Notes under the pieces: generated by a model | What the model was told of the DNA's origin: nothing | Database searches by the model: none | Seen by the model: only the letters and a program-made list of their open reading frames with translations | Virus record (IMG/VR): IMGVR_UViG_3300032290_000291 | Coordinates: 1 to 40,556 of that record | Reading direction: 5' to 3' (one strand) | DNA length: 40,556 nucleotides | From: a virus | Taxonomy: Duplodnaviria; Caudoviricetes | Translations under genes and position numbers: made by a program | In this document: piece by piece, positions 10,103 through 18,827 of the stretch | How the letters are laid out: each line of letters starts with the position of its first letter | Numbering within the stretch: position 1 is the first letter of the stretch

Positions 10103-11835
10103 GCCCCGCCACCCAGACGAGCTAGAATACTAGCAACATCTGGTGGTGGACCTGCTGGCTGTTCGGCTGCAGGTGCTGGAGCACCTTGTTGCATTCCTTC
10201 AGGAGCTTCAGGTTGTTCAGGCATTCCTGGAGCTTCTTCTACTTCAGCTTCTTCTTTCTTAAAAATCTTCATAACGGCATCTTCAATAGAAGTGCCCTTC
10301 TTCTTCATGTCAATTACAGTAGCAATCTTTTCAATAATGTCTGAAGGATCTGCACCGTTAGAAGCCATCTGCGGAATAGCTTGAGTCAATGCTCCAATAG
10401 AACCAGATAGGGCATCTCTCATTCGTTCAATGTCAATGCGATCTTTTTCAAGACCAACATTCATACTCCAAGGTAGTTCGCTCATTACAAACTCACGTGA
10501 CAACAAACCAGCTTGTAGAGCCTGTAGCGAGAAGATAAGGGCGCGTGATGGATCAAGTCCAGCCATAACGCCATAGCGAACCTGAATACTGTAGTCGCTC
10601 TTAATATCTTTAGAAGGCTTGTAGCTAATTTCATATGGTGCACCTTGGTAGATGCCAGCCATAGTCTTATCTTCATCAAATAAAGTCTGGTCAATGTGAA
10701 AACAAAGTTCCATAACTTTTTGGAATGTTTCAGCAAGGATTTGCTGACCAGCTTTTATCTGCGAATCAAAGCCGCCAAGAAGTGCTTGAACTCCAGAACC
10801 TGTAATAATAGACGCATCAATGTTACCTGATCTTCCCTCTGGGTAACGAGCACCCATTCGCATTTCTTGTTCAAGTAGTTGTTGTTCAGTAAATGCACCA
10901 GTAGGCAACTCAAGGGCTACGCGACGTACACCCTGTGGATTGTTGGTGCGAATAACAGAGTCAGGACCAAAGGCAAATTCAGATACGTCATTAGGTAGAA
11001 CCAATGGAGCTTGTACAGATTTTTCTGCAGCTTCCATAGCCAACATGCTAAAGCGAGCACGAGCAATCTGCGCCCAAAGTACGTCATCAAACTGACCGCG
11101 TGGGTCATCTAGGTCAAGTCCTGGACGACGAGCAACTATAACCGAAAGCATTCCAATTGGATTTTTAGCCTTGCGAAGAATCAAGTTACCGCGTTGAGGT
11201 AAGAACAGAACTACCTGATCAGCATCTTCATAACGCATTAGTTCCATATTGGTGTCATAGTCGGTCATGTCACGACCAAGACTTCCAACAATTACTGTTT
11301 CGTATTCAGGAAAGTCAACAATTAATTCACGAATTGTTTTAATGTACTTCTTCGTAAATGATACACAACGACCAAAGCGATCAAACTCTGGGTAAGAACC
11401 CATTGGATTCTCAATACGAATGTGTGGCATCTTTGCGTCAAAGTTAGCGTCAACAAAGATTGGCAAGAAACCATAGGTTAAGTACCAGTCAGCACCTGTA
11501 TACATCTGAGTTTGAAGCCCAGAGAATTCAACATAGTTGTTGGCAATGATAGTTCGCTTGTCAGAAAACTTCTTTGCTTTATCGGAGTTAATACTTGGAG
11601 TTGAGCAGTTAAACGAAGGAAGTGGAGCAAGAACTTCAGCAATGTCACGGGCAGCAACGTCAACAAAGTTAGCAATCATTGGACGAGACATGCCCTCTGG
11701 GAACATATCTGGGTACACGGATTCCATGTTGCCACGGCGAACAGCAGTAATATCTGCCATGCGATAGTCACGTTCACTATATCGACGTGTAAGAGCTAAT
11801 ACCTTATTGGTTACTTGCTCGGTTGATAATGCCAT
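10099..11835 (-). CDS. Portal (head-tail connector) protein
   Basis: 578 aa directly after the terminase; helical, with a Pro/Glu/Ala-rich disordered C-tail typical of podoviral portals. Confidence 0.85.
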   Translation of the reverse strand: MALSTEQVTNKVLALTRRYSERDYRMADITAVRRGNMESVYPDMFPEGMSRPMIANFVDVAARDIAEVLAPLPSFNCSTPSINSDKAKKFSDKRTIIANNYVEFSGLQTQMYTGADWYLTYGFLPIFVDANFDAKMPHIRIENPMGSYPEFDRFGRCVSFTKKYIKTIRELIVDFPEYETVIVGSLGRDMTDYDTNMELMRYEDADQVVLFLPQRGNLILRKAKNPIGMLSVIVARRPGLDLDDPRGQFDDVLWAQIARARFSMLAMEAAEKSVQAPLVLPNDVSEFAFGPDSVIRTNNPQGVRRVALELPTGAFTEQQLLEQEMRMGARYPEGRSGNIDASIITGSGVQALLGGFDSQIKAGQQILAETFQKVMELCFHIDQTLFDEDKTMAGIYQGAPYEISYKPSKDIKSDYSIQVRYGVMAGLDPSRALIFSLQALQAGLLSREFVMSELPWSMNVGLEKDRIDIERMRDALSGSIGALTQAIPQMASNGADPSDIIEKIATVIDMKKKGTSIEDAVMKIFKKEEAEVEEAPGMPEQPEAPEGMQQGAPAPAAEQPAGPPPDVASILARLGGGA

Positions 11836-11843
11836 TTAATTTC

Positions 11844-13736
11844 CTAGTATAGACCTGACAATGTTTCCATTGCCATCTCATCAAGGTTTACAATACCCTG
11901 CATAGCAACGTTTCTTCTTGTTGCCCACTTGTTATTTGCATGAGCCGTTCTGAAATTACTTTGTTGAATTAATTCTTTTGCTCTAATCTCACAGAACCAT
12001 AGTGCCATGACACAGTCGGTTGGTCCTTTAGTATCAGCTTTCCAGGTAATTAACTGGTTAACCAAAGCCTTAACGTGCTCATTAGAGTTATCAGGAAGCT
12101 CAATAAGGTTATCCCGATTGTACTTTCCATCACGCATACTACCAAACAAGGATGACATGGCAGCTACACCGAAGTTAACATCCCACTTGTTCTTGCTGGT
12201 AAAATGCTCCCGTAGTGCCGTACCACGGCTGGCAAGCCACATTCGCAGCTGATCATCAAGCGAGAAAGCTTTCTGATAAGCGTTGATTTCAATGCGTAGC
12301 TCTTGGGGTTTGTATTCTTCTACCCATTCCTTGATTAAGCTATCAATCTTTTGTGGCGTAGATTCAGCCATATTGTGCACATCAAGGACATACCGTTTGT
12401 TGGTCTCTCGGTTAACTGCATAGACAACCATGGCGGTTTTACCAGACATGGCAGGGTCGAGTCCCATGATAACAAACCAAGAACCCTCTGGTTTAGGGTG
12501 ACCAGGAGCATTAAAGTTTAATCTGCCCACTTTACGCATACGGTTGATTGAACCATTAACAACGGGAAGAGGGAAGATGGCATCTTCTTCGACATCTTGC
12601 TGTTGATAAACAAGTGCCCACGTGGAGGGGCTAACCTCGCTACGACGGTCAAACAGTCGCCTACCGTCCCACTTTACAAAGTGCCCGTTTTCATCGGGTG
12701 TAAGCAATTCTGGATCATCAAACTCGTCAGCCCCATCCAGCGGTCTATCAGACCTAGCCCAGAGTGTCTTCCACTTCTCAGGCTTATCGTCAAACTCAAG
12801 TACAGCTGGCATAGCTAGGTAAGTGAAAGGTGACTTACCGCCAGTCCAGTGCTCTGGATTTCTAATTTCTTTATATAGATCTATTGAAGAAACTCTAGTC
12901 CCTGCAATCAGAAGCGTCCCAGTCGAACCCACACGGGTAACTACCATCTTCTGCAACCAGTTGAGCTGCTTCTCCCATTCGTGCGCGTTTGTCGTTGAGA
13001 CAATATCGTCCATGATGATTAGATCCGCACGAGTACCGTAGATCTGTTGTCCAATACCAAGAGCTTGAACCGTCGGGTCCTTCTCTCCTGATTCGCGTTC
13101 GAGATAAATTCTGTCTGCAGTCCATTGGTCTGCCGTCTCCTTATAGCCCCCTGGGGGTCCATACACCTGTTGCATCTTAAGCCATGGCTCTTCAGTCATG
13201 CGCTGCTTCAGGGAGTATAAGAACTCCTTGGCACGGGTCTGGGTCTGAGAAATAATAACAATGCGGATATTGGGGTTAAGCGCGATTTTGTACATAGCGT
13301 AGTTAACCGTCATTGTGGTTGATTTGGCGTGTTCAGGTGGCACGTTAATCAGAAGCCTACGGCGGTTACCTGGCTCGTAGGTCATGGAAGAGTGTTGCCA
13401 CGTCGGGTCGTGACCCTCAAGAACGTCAATCCAGTTTTGCTGATGAGGGAATACCTCGGTGTTCAAGAACTCTCTGGAGAACGTGGCAAAATCTATTTTA
13501 TGTTTATTCTCGCCTAATGAGGCGGCAATGGCATCTGACCCAAAGTTAGAGGCTTCCTCAACCTGCGCCGCAAATTCCCCATCTAGGAGCCAAGATCTAA
13601 GGGCGGTCTTCTTCTTCCCCACAGCAGCAAGGGCGGAATCCATATCGATGCCCTGCTTGAGAAATGAAATAAACTTTCTCTGATCTTCAATTTGCCGAAG
13701 TCTGGTATGGTGTTGATCTCCAGCTTTAGCAGCCAT
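11844..13736 (-). CDS. terL: Terminase large subunit with an N-terminal HTH-like extension
   Basis: Walker A variant PPEHAKST, Walker B LIIMDD, coupling motif GTR, RNase H-like nuclease motifs GLDPA and DCVMALW. Confidence 0.93.
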   Translation of the reverse strand: MAAKAGDQHHTRLRQIEDQRKFISFLKQGIDMDSALAAVGKKKTALRSWLLDGEFAAQVEEASNFGSDAIAASLGENKHKIDFATFSREFLNTEVFPHQQNWIDVLEGHDPTWQHSSMTYEPGNRRRLLINVPPEHAKSTTMTVNYAMYKIALNPNIRIVIISQTQTRAKEFLYSLKQRMTEEPWLKMQQVYGPPGGYKETADQWTADRIYLERESGEKDPTVQALGIGQQIYGTRADLIIMDDIVSTTNAHEWEKQLNWLQKMVVTRVGSTGTLLIAGTRVSSIDLYKEIRNPEHWTGGKSPFTYLAMPAVLEFDDKPEKWKTLWARSDRPLDGADEFDDPELLTPDENGHFVKWDGRRLFDRRSEVSPSTWALVYQQQDVEEDAIFPLPVVNGSINRMRKVGRLNFNAPGHPKPEGSWFVIMGLDPAMSGKTAMVVYAVNRETNKRYVLDVHNMAESTPQKIDSLIKEWVEEYKPQELRIEINAYQKAFSLDDQLRMWLASRGTALREHFTSKNKWDVNFGVAAMSSLFGSMRDGKYNRDNLIELPDNSNEHVKALVNQLITWKADTKGPTDCVMALWFCEIRAKELIQQSNFRTAHANNKWATRRNVAMQGIVNLDEMAMETLSGLY

Positions 13737-14300
13737 AATAAACCTAATTATTCTCTAGTTATAATATAATACTATAAAGACTATAGCGAGACCTCGTAGA
13801 AGGTCTCGTAGTTAATAGGCAAGCCATAAGGCAGGCTTGCTTAATATTATAACCTCTACTAATACTAACCCTGTTACAGAAGACTTGTAACGCTCTGTTA
13901 CCAAATTGTTACCTAAATCACATAGATTGTTATAAAGCTAAACAAATAAATAATACTAGGGGCAAACAACTAACAATAAATTATATTAGACTCTACAGTA
14001 CTACACCCAGACAGCGTTAACAACTGGGGGTCAAGTCTAACCTGTTACAATACCAGCCACCCCATAGAGTTCTACAGTCTAGAGGGGTACAGTATGGAGC
14101 AGAGATAGACCCCCTACCAGCAGACTGACTGCCCCTACCCCTACTAGTAATAACGTTACATCGTTTTAAATAGACTTGTTGTTTGGTTGACTGTCTGCTT
14201 ACCGTTTCTTTCCCCCCTTGGTTGACTTTTATGTTGCCAGTCTTTTTTGCATTTTGTTTCCATCGAATCGTTCGGTGGTTGGATCCCGTAGGAGGTTAAG
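13737..14300. promoter_or_regulatory. Divergent non-coding control region (promoters, possible packaging site, origin or physical ends)
   Basis: Only long gene-free stretch and the point where gene orientation flips. Contains inverted repeats 13787-13808 and 13819-13840, a GTTAC array 13873-13933, CCCCTAC x3 near 14110-14145, and TTGGTTGACT at 14183 and 14218. Confidence 0.7.
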
Positions 14301-14525
14301 ATGCAGTACTACCTTTACAACGTTCTGATCGGCTTGAGCAGCAAGTCGTACCCAACTGAGAAGGCTGCTGGCTGGAACGCAGTGAACCAGCGCGAGAACC
14401 ACCCAGTGCTAGCAGACCCTGAGTTGACTGACTCAGAACGCTTCGTCAAGATCGTACCTATCAACAAGGTACTGACAGAAGCAGAGATCGCAGCGTGGAC
14501 ACCAGAGTTCGAGTCAGCCTGGTAG
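14301..14525 (+). CDS. First early gene, hypothetical 74 aa
   Basis: Perfect AGGAGG SD 5 nt upstream; C-ending codons frequent; followed by a strong hairpin. Confidence 0.8.
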   Translation: MQYYLYNVLIGLSSKSYPTEKAAGWNAVNQRENHPVLADPELTDSERFVKIVPINKVLTEAEIAAWTPEFESAW

Positions 14526-14535
14526 ACCACGAACC

Positions 14536-14580
14536 GAGCGGGCTGGAGCGAGTAATCGCTCTGGCTCGCTCTCTCGTTTA
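14536..14580 (+). terminator. 16-bp hairpin with GUAA tetraloop (terminator or processing site)
   Basis: GAGCGGGCTGGAGCGA-GTAA-TCGCTCTGGCTCGCTC; the G-U pairs form only on the + strand; T-rich tail. Confidence 0.65.
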
Positions 14581-14633
14581 GTTTCAGTAGTTAGCAAGGC
14601 AATTACCAAGTAGACAATGATAAAGGAGTAACA

Positions 14634-14891
14634 ATGTTAGAAACAATTAATGGATTCGACCTGCTTCTAGTCCTAGTAATAGTAGGGCTAGTCTTCAAAG
14701 CAATGCGCCTCAATGATGAATGTAATTCATATGTGCGACAAATAGTAGAAGTATCTCAAGATAATCATTTCTTAAAGCTTGACATACAAACACTAAGTGC
14801 AGAAATAGATAGTTTGAACAGTACCCAAGAATGTATGTATTGCTTAGGTATAGAGGAAATGGTAACGGGCGAAGAATGTTACTGTGCCTAA
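14634..14891 (+). CDS. Small membrane-anchored coiled-coil protein with a Cys-containing C-terminus, 85 aa
   Basis: AAGGAG SD; hydrophobic LLLVLVIVGLVF segment; CMYC and CYC motifs. Confidence 0.7.
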   Translation: MLETINGFDLLLVLVIVGLVFKAMRLNDECNSYVRQIVEVSQDNHFLKLDIQTLSAEIDSLNSTQECMYCLGIEEMVTGEECYCA

Positions 14892-14903
14892 TTCTAGACA
14901 CTT

Positions 14904-14941
14904 TGGTGACGACCACCTGCTTCGCGGGTTGGTCGTTGCTA
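14904..14941 (+). other. Intergenic RNA hairpin
   Basis: TGGTGACGACCA...TGGTCGTTGCTA arms around CCTGCTTCGCGGG, flanked on both sides by TCTAGA. Confidence 0.6.
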
Positions 14942-14986
14942 TGGTTTCTAGACAGATTCCAGCCAGTCACAGAACAGGAGAACACA

Positions 14987-15619
14987 ATGACTGAGCAAGT
15001 GTACGAAGACGACGAGAAGATGAGATCTATTCTCGATGTACTAAAAGCAGCCGAGCTATTCGGTGAGGTTATATCAGTGAGGAACCTGGTAAGTTCAGAT
15101 GAACTTGACACTGAGGACACCGAAGAAGATGATTGGGCAGACATCCAAACTAAGTATGGTCACGACACTGCAGACTATGTATTCGGTGATGTAGTAATAG
15201 GTGGCATTGACGGATGGACAGTAACTCCAATTGCATCTACCATCTCACTAGATATCGAGCCAGTATCAGGTCACGATTGGATATCACCAGTCACTAACAC
15301 TGGTCGCAAGATCTATGTAGTTACTGGAGTACAAGCAAGTTGTGGACTCAAGGAAGCAGACTGCTTCGAGTCTAGTTGTAAGCATGTGCCTGTACTAGAA
15401 GAAGAAGATGAGATTAGGTATGAATTCAAACAAGACTGGAACTCTATGGCTGACCGACCAACTGAGAATTTCTTTATGGGATTACCTGGACTTAGGTACA
15501 TAGAGAATGACCAGACATACTTCACTCGTATCAACACAGTATGTAGCAGTTGCTACCTGTATACACCATCAAGACTAGAAACCTGTCAGAATTGCGACAG
15601 AGTTCTAGTCGCAGTATAG
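14987..15619 (+). CDS. Acidic hypothetical protein with a C-terminal zinc ribbon, 210 aa
   Basis: Start moved to ATG 14987 (AGGAG SD); CSSC...CQNC at the C-terminus. Confidence 0.72.
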   Translation: MTEQVYEDDEKMRSILDVLKAAELFGEVISVRNLVSSDELDTEDTEEDDWADIQTKYGHDTADYVFGDVVIGGIDGWTVTPIASTISLDIEPVSGHDWISPVTNTGRKIYVVTGVQASCGLKEADCFESSCKHVPVLEEEDEIRYEFKQDWNSMADRPTENFFMGLPGLRYIENDQTYFTRINTVCSSCYLYTPSRLETCQNCDRVLVAV

Positions 15620-15681
15620 CTTGGGAGTAGGACAATACCGAAACCAAAACCTGCTACCCACGCAGGTAAAATAAAGGGGAG

Positions 15682-15709
15682 ACTCCTGAGTATGAGTATA
15701 AACTGCTCA
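15682..15709 (+). promoter_or_regulatory. Candidate H-type RNA pseudoknot upstream of the SSB-like gene
   Basis: S1 ACTC 15682-85 with GAGT 15694-97; S2 TGAGTA 15687-92 with TGCTCA 15704-09; 1-nt L1; ATAAAC L3. Confidence 0.5.
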
Positions 15710-15728
15710 TTAATTATGTCAGATAATC

Positions 15729-15759
15729 GCCACGCCCCCACTTCGCGGGGGGCGTTGGC
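15729..15759 (+). other. GC-rich RNA hairpin
   Basis: GCCACGCCCCC...GGGGGCGTTGGC around ACTTCGCG. Confidence 0.6.
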
Positions 15760-15782
15760 TCCTCGGAAGGATAAGGATCACA

Positions 15783-16109
15783 ATGGATAACACAATGACA
15801 GTGAGTGGCAAGTTGAAGAACATCAGAGAGTTCGATCAGTATGGCTTGATGATGGTAGCACAGTTGACGCAGAAGATTGGTAACGAACGAGCAAAGTTCA
15901 CAATCCCAGTAGCCTGCTTCGACGAGAGTATCGCACCTGTACTACGAGGATTGCGTGAGATGCAAGACGAACTAGGATTTACACCAGTAGTAAACATTAC
16001 TGGTGAACTAGATACTAAGTTCGATACACGACCTAACGTACAAAACGATCAGCGTAACCAACCACTAACTCGAATACTAATTACATCAGTAGAACTAGCA
16101 GAAGTCTAG
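15783..16109 (+). CDS. Single-stranded DNA-binding-like OB-fold protein, 108 aa
   Basis: SSB-like pattern N-x-x-x-V-S-G-K-L, IPVACF, V-N-I-T-G-E-L-D-T, RILITSVE; lacks an acidic tail. Confidence 0.55.
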   Translation: MDNTMTVSGKLKNIREFDQYGLMMVAQLTQKIGNERAKFTIPVACFDESIAPVLRGLREMQDELGFTPVVNITGELDTKFDTRPNVQNDQRNQPLTRILITSVELAEV

Positions 16110-16116
16110 ATCAATT

Positions 16117-16156
16117 AGAGGGAGTCAGAGCACTATGCTCTGGCTTCCTCTTTTAT
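16117..16156 (+). terminator. Intrinsic terminator
   Basis: AGAGGGAGTCAGAGCA-CTA-TGCTCTGGCTTCCTCT followed by TTTATT. Confidence 0.75.
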
Positions 16157-16223
16157 TGTAAGCGCAGTAGGTAGCTAGGTTGCTACTAAGTTTAAAACAA
16201 TTAACAATAGGAAGGTAATACAA

Positions 16224-16793
16224 ATGACAACATCAACACAAGAGATAGACTTAGGTGCACTGACACCAGAACATTTAAAGAATGTTCAAGAAGTATATAA
16301 AATCATGGCATTCTTACTAGATGAAGATGCTAACTATGAAGCACTAACAACAGAACAGTACGAACTAATTAACACAGCTTGTACTAACATCAAGATCCGT
16401 GATGGCGTACTGAAATACTTTGGTGATGCACCATTCAACGTACGAGTAGACATTATGAAATCATTTACAATCATTAGTCAGTTGCTTGTTGACCGAGCAG
16501 ATGATGATGCTGATACACAGGCAATTGGTAATTTAACAATGATGATTGCAGCACTAATGTTATGCCATGCAGGTATACTGTCAGACTTTGATGAAGACCG
16601 TGATGTTGACTATGAACTAACACTAGTTGACAAGTTATTGAATGAAGCAGAAGCACTAGGTTGCCAAGCTAGTTTACTAGGTCTACTACAACTAGCACGT
16701 CGCCACGATATCCCACCAATCATATTCTATCAGTCACTAGTAGCAGTATCATTCCACAAAGTAACAGATCCAGAAGGACATCTAAATGACTAA
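16224..16793 (+). CDS. Helical protein resembling the actinobacterial DUF4192 C-terminal region, 189 aa
   Basis: IRDGVL and SLLGLLQLARRHDIPP resemble the RD-x-x-L and SLAxLL...PP pattern. Confidence 0.45.
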   Translation: MTTSTQEIDLGALTPEHLKNVQEVYKIMAFLLDEDANYEALTTEQYELINTACTNIKIRDGVLKYFGDAPFNVRVDIMKSFTIISQLLVDRADDDADTQAIGNLTMMIAALMLCHAGILSDFDEDRDVDYELTLVDKLLNEAEALGCQASLLGLLQLARRHDIPPIIFYQSLVAVSFHKVTDPEGHLND

Positions 16794-17019
16794 GTTACAA
16801 ACAGTAGAGAAGACTCATAAAGAAAAAGAGTATAACAAAAGACATCTTCGCTGCACTTATGATGCAAGCAAAGAGTTAAAAGCAAACCACAAAGAAGAAT
16901 ATAAAGAACTGCTTAACAAATATAAATTAAAAGCAGGAATAGTATCACGTGACTTAACTAATAAGCATAAAGAAAAACTAATTGAAGTCATAACAGAATC
17001 AGAAACAGCAAGTGATTAA
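16786..17019 (+). CDS. Basic hypothetical protein, 77 aa
   Basis: Overlap-coupled ORF with an AAGGA SD. Confidence 0.7.
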   Translation: MTKLQTVEKTHKEKEYNKRHLRCTYDASKELKANHKEEYKELLNKYKLKAGIVSRDLTNKHKEKLIEVITESETASD

Positions 17020-17161
17020 GTCCGAAGCTGTATGCGATAGGTGCAACACACCTGTTGAGTTTGAGCACGTGACACCAGGTTACTTTGCTTGGTGTCCACA
17101 TCACGATGAAGACATGGACAAATGGGAATGCAGAATAGAGGTATGGAATGATCAAGACTAG
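17012..17161 (+). CDS. Small Cys/His (zinc-finger-like) protein, 49 aa, not in the ORF track
   Basis: GTG start; MIKSEAVCDRCNTPVEFEHVTPGYFAWCPHHDEDMDKWECRIEVWNDQD; fills the gap and overlaps both neighbours. Confidence 0.6.
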   Translation: MIKSEAVCDRCNTPVEFEHVTPGYFAWCPHHDEDMDKWECRIEVWNDQD

Positions 17162-17549
17162 TAGCGGTACTGTGTACTACACACAACACGAAGTTAATCT
17201 AAAGATCAATGAAGTAATGGAAGATGGTTACAAAATTACCAATGCTATCTACGAAAAAGCAAGAGAGATGGATTGGTGTAGCGAGTATGATGACTGGGCT
17301 TATGAAGTAAATAAAGATCTTAAGTTCTTTGAAGTACCAGTTATGCGTAGAGAATGGGCAGTTACATACACTATTGAACGCTTACAAAGAGCAACAGTAA
17401 CAGTACAAGTAACTGCACGTGACTCTGATGATGCAGAAGATCAAGCCGATGAAGCATACAACACAGAAGAGTTAGTCGAAAAGATAGACGAAGATGAATG
17501 GGATACAAAAAACGAAGAGATTATAGAAACAGAAGCACAGGAGATCTAA
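17148..17549 (+). CDS. Acidic hypothetical protein, 133 aa
   Basis: GAGG SD; coupled to the next gene. Confidence 0.72.
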   Translation: MIKTSSGTVYYTQHEVNLKINEVMEDGYKITNAIYEKAREMDWCSEYDDWAYEVNKDLKFFEVPVMRREWAVTYTIERLQRATVTVQVTARDSDDAEDQADEAYNTEELVEKIDEDEWDTKNEEIIETEAQEI

Positions 17550-17866
17550 TGAGCATCAAAGACGAGCCGTGGTTTAACGACCCGTTTGAATGGTACGAGC
17601 AAGAAAATTATCCAGAGATTGTAGGCATAGCAGTAACAGATAAGGTTGCGCTTGATTTTCTTCAAGCACTATACCAAATCTATAAGTTACTTGAACGCAA
17701 TGATAGAACAAAAGCAATGGAAGATGCCAAGCAGCTAGCAATACTGCTACTAGCTAGTGCATTTGATTATGCTGAAGAAGCAATAGATGAATTAATTATT
17801 AGAGAAGTAGACGCAGTAGATATAGATGCTGCATTCGCAGAAATGGTAGAGGAACAGAATGACTAG
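17549..17866 (+). CDS. Acidic hypothetical protein, 105 aa
   Basis: Start moved to ATG 17549 (TAATG overlap, AGGAG SD). Confidence 0.7.
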   Translation: MSIKDEPWFNDPFEWYEQENYPEIVGIAVTDKVALDFLQALYQIYKLLERNDRTKAMEDAKQLAILLLASAFDYAEEAIDELIIREVDAVDIDAAFAEMVEEQND

Positions 17867-18827
17867 ACGTAATCCATACACAGTAATTGGTACGCACTGT
17901 GAGTACGAAGTTAATACAGCACATGACCTAATGGTACAAGCTGGACTTAACTGGCGAGTAGAGTTACATAATGTATTTATAAAAGGTGAGACACAAGATG
18001 TCGAAGTACCTGATAGATATGCAACAGTTAAGTATGCTGGTGCTGGAGCTGAACCACTAGCAGTAGTAGGTTCACGATACAAAGTGTTACAGAATGATGA
18101 GATTTTCTCATGCCTTGACGACATCGTTAGTAACAGCGATGCACGTTACGGTGCAGCAGGAGAACTCAAAGGTGGCAACGTAGTATGGGCAACCATTGAA
18201 CTACCAGCTAACGTAACAGTTGGCGATGATCCACACAATGCATATGTAATTGCACGTACATCACATGATGGCAGCATGCCATTCCAGATGACACCAGTAG
18301 TTAATCGCATTGGATGTACCAATCAAATCAATGCAGCCATGATGAGTGGTAAAGCTAAGGGTATTTACTATCGTGTTAAGCATAGCCCTAACAGTAGCAT
18401 CAACCCAGATGATATCAGAAAAGCATTTAAGATTATGAACGAAGACGTTCAGAAGTATGCAACAGTATCATCATACCTACGTTCAATTGAATTCAGTAAC
18501 GAAGAGTTCAAGAACTTTATCAAGCGAGTGTACCCACTACCTAGCAAGATTGAGTTCTCACCATATGAGATGCTTAGTGCAGGTGAACGTACATCTAAGA
18601 CAAGAACAGAACGAAACAGAGCAAGTGCATGGAACGTATGGATTGGTGAGACAGACACGCAACACAACATTAAGAACACTAAGTTCGGTGCATTCCAAGC
18701 TATCGTGGAAGCAACCGATCACTTCAGTAAGGACTATAGCAAACAAGCAAGCAAGATGATTCTTGGAACAGACATCGCAGTTAAGTCACGAGCACTACAA
18801 CTATTAGGAGTAAGCAATGGGTCTTGA
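17859..18827 (+). CDS. DUF932/DUF945-family phage/plasmid protein
   Basis: AGLNWRVE, VVGSRYKVLQNDEIF, AGELKGG, TSHDGS, RIGCTN, HS and T-x-F-G-A-F-Q-A-I-V-E motifs. Confidence 0.85.
   Translation: MTRRNPYTVIGTHCEYEVNTAHDLMVQAGLNWRVELHNVFIKGETQDVEVPDRYATVKYAGAGAEPLAVVGSRYKVLQNDEIFSCLDDIVSNSDARYGAAGELKGGNVVWATIELPANVTVGDDPHNAYVIARTSHDGSMPFQMTPVVNRIGCTNQINAAMMSGKAKGIYYRVKHSPNSSINPDDIRKAFKIMNEDVQKYATVSSYLRSIEFSNEEFKNFIKRVYPLPSKIEFSPYEMLSAGERTSKTRTERNRASAWNVWIGETDTQHNIKNTKFGAFQAIVEATDHFSKDYSKQASKMILGTDIAVKSRALQLLGVSNGS

Noticed and set aside
14831-14986. 52-aa N-terminal extension of the 262-aa ORF
   Set aside because: It overlaps the previous gene and a hairpin; the SD sits before ATG 14987.
14710-15144. 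Minus-strand 144-aa Ser-rich ORF and similar antisense ORFs in both arms
   Set aside because: Opposite to well-supported genes, no SD, and composition typical of antisense Glu/Asp codons.
13737-16223. tRNA genes or a hammerhead ribozyme in the intergenic hairpins
   Set aside because: No cloverleaf with a T-loop GTTCRA, and no correctly arranged CUGANGA/GAAA core was found.
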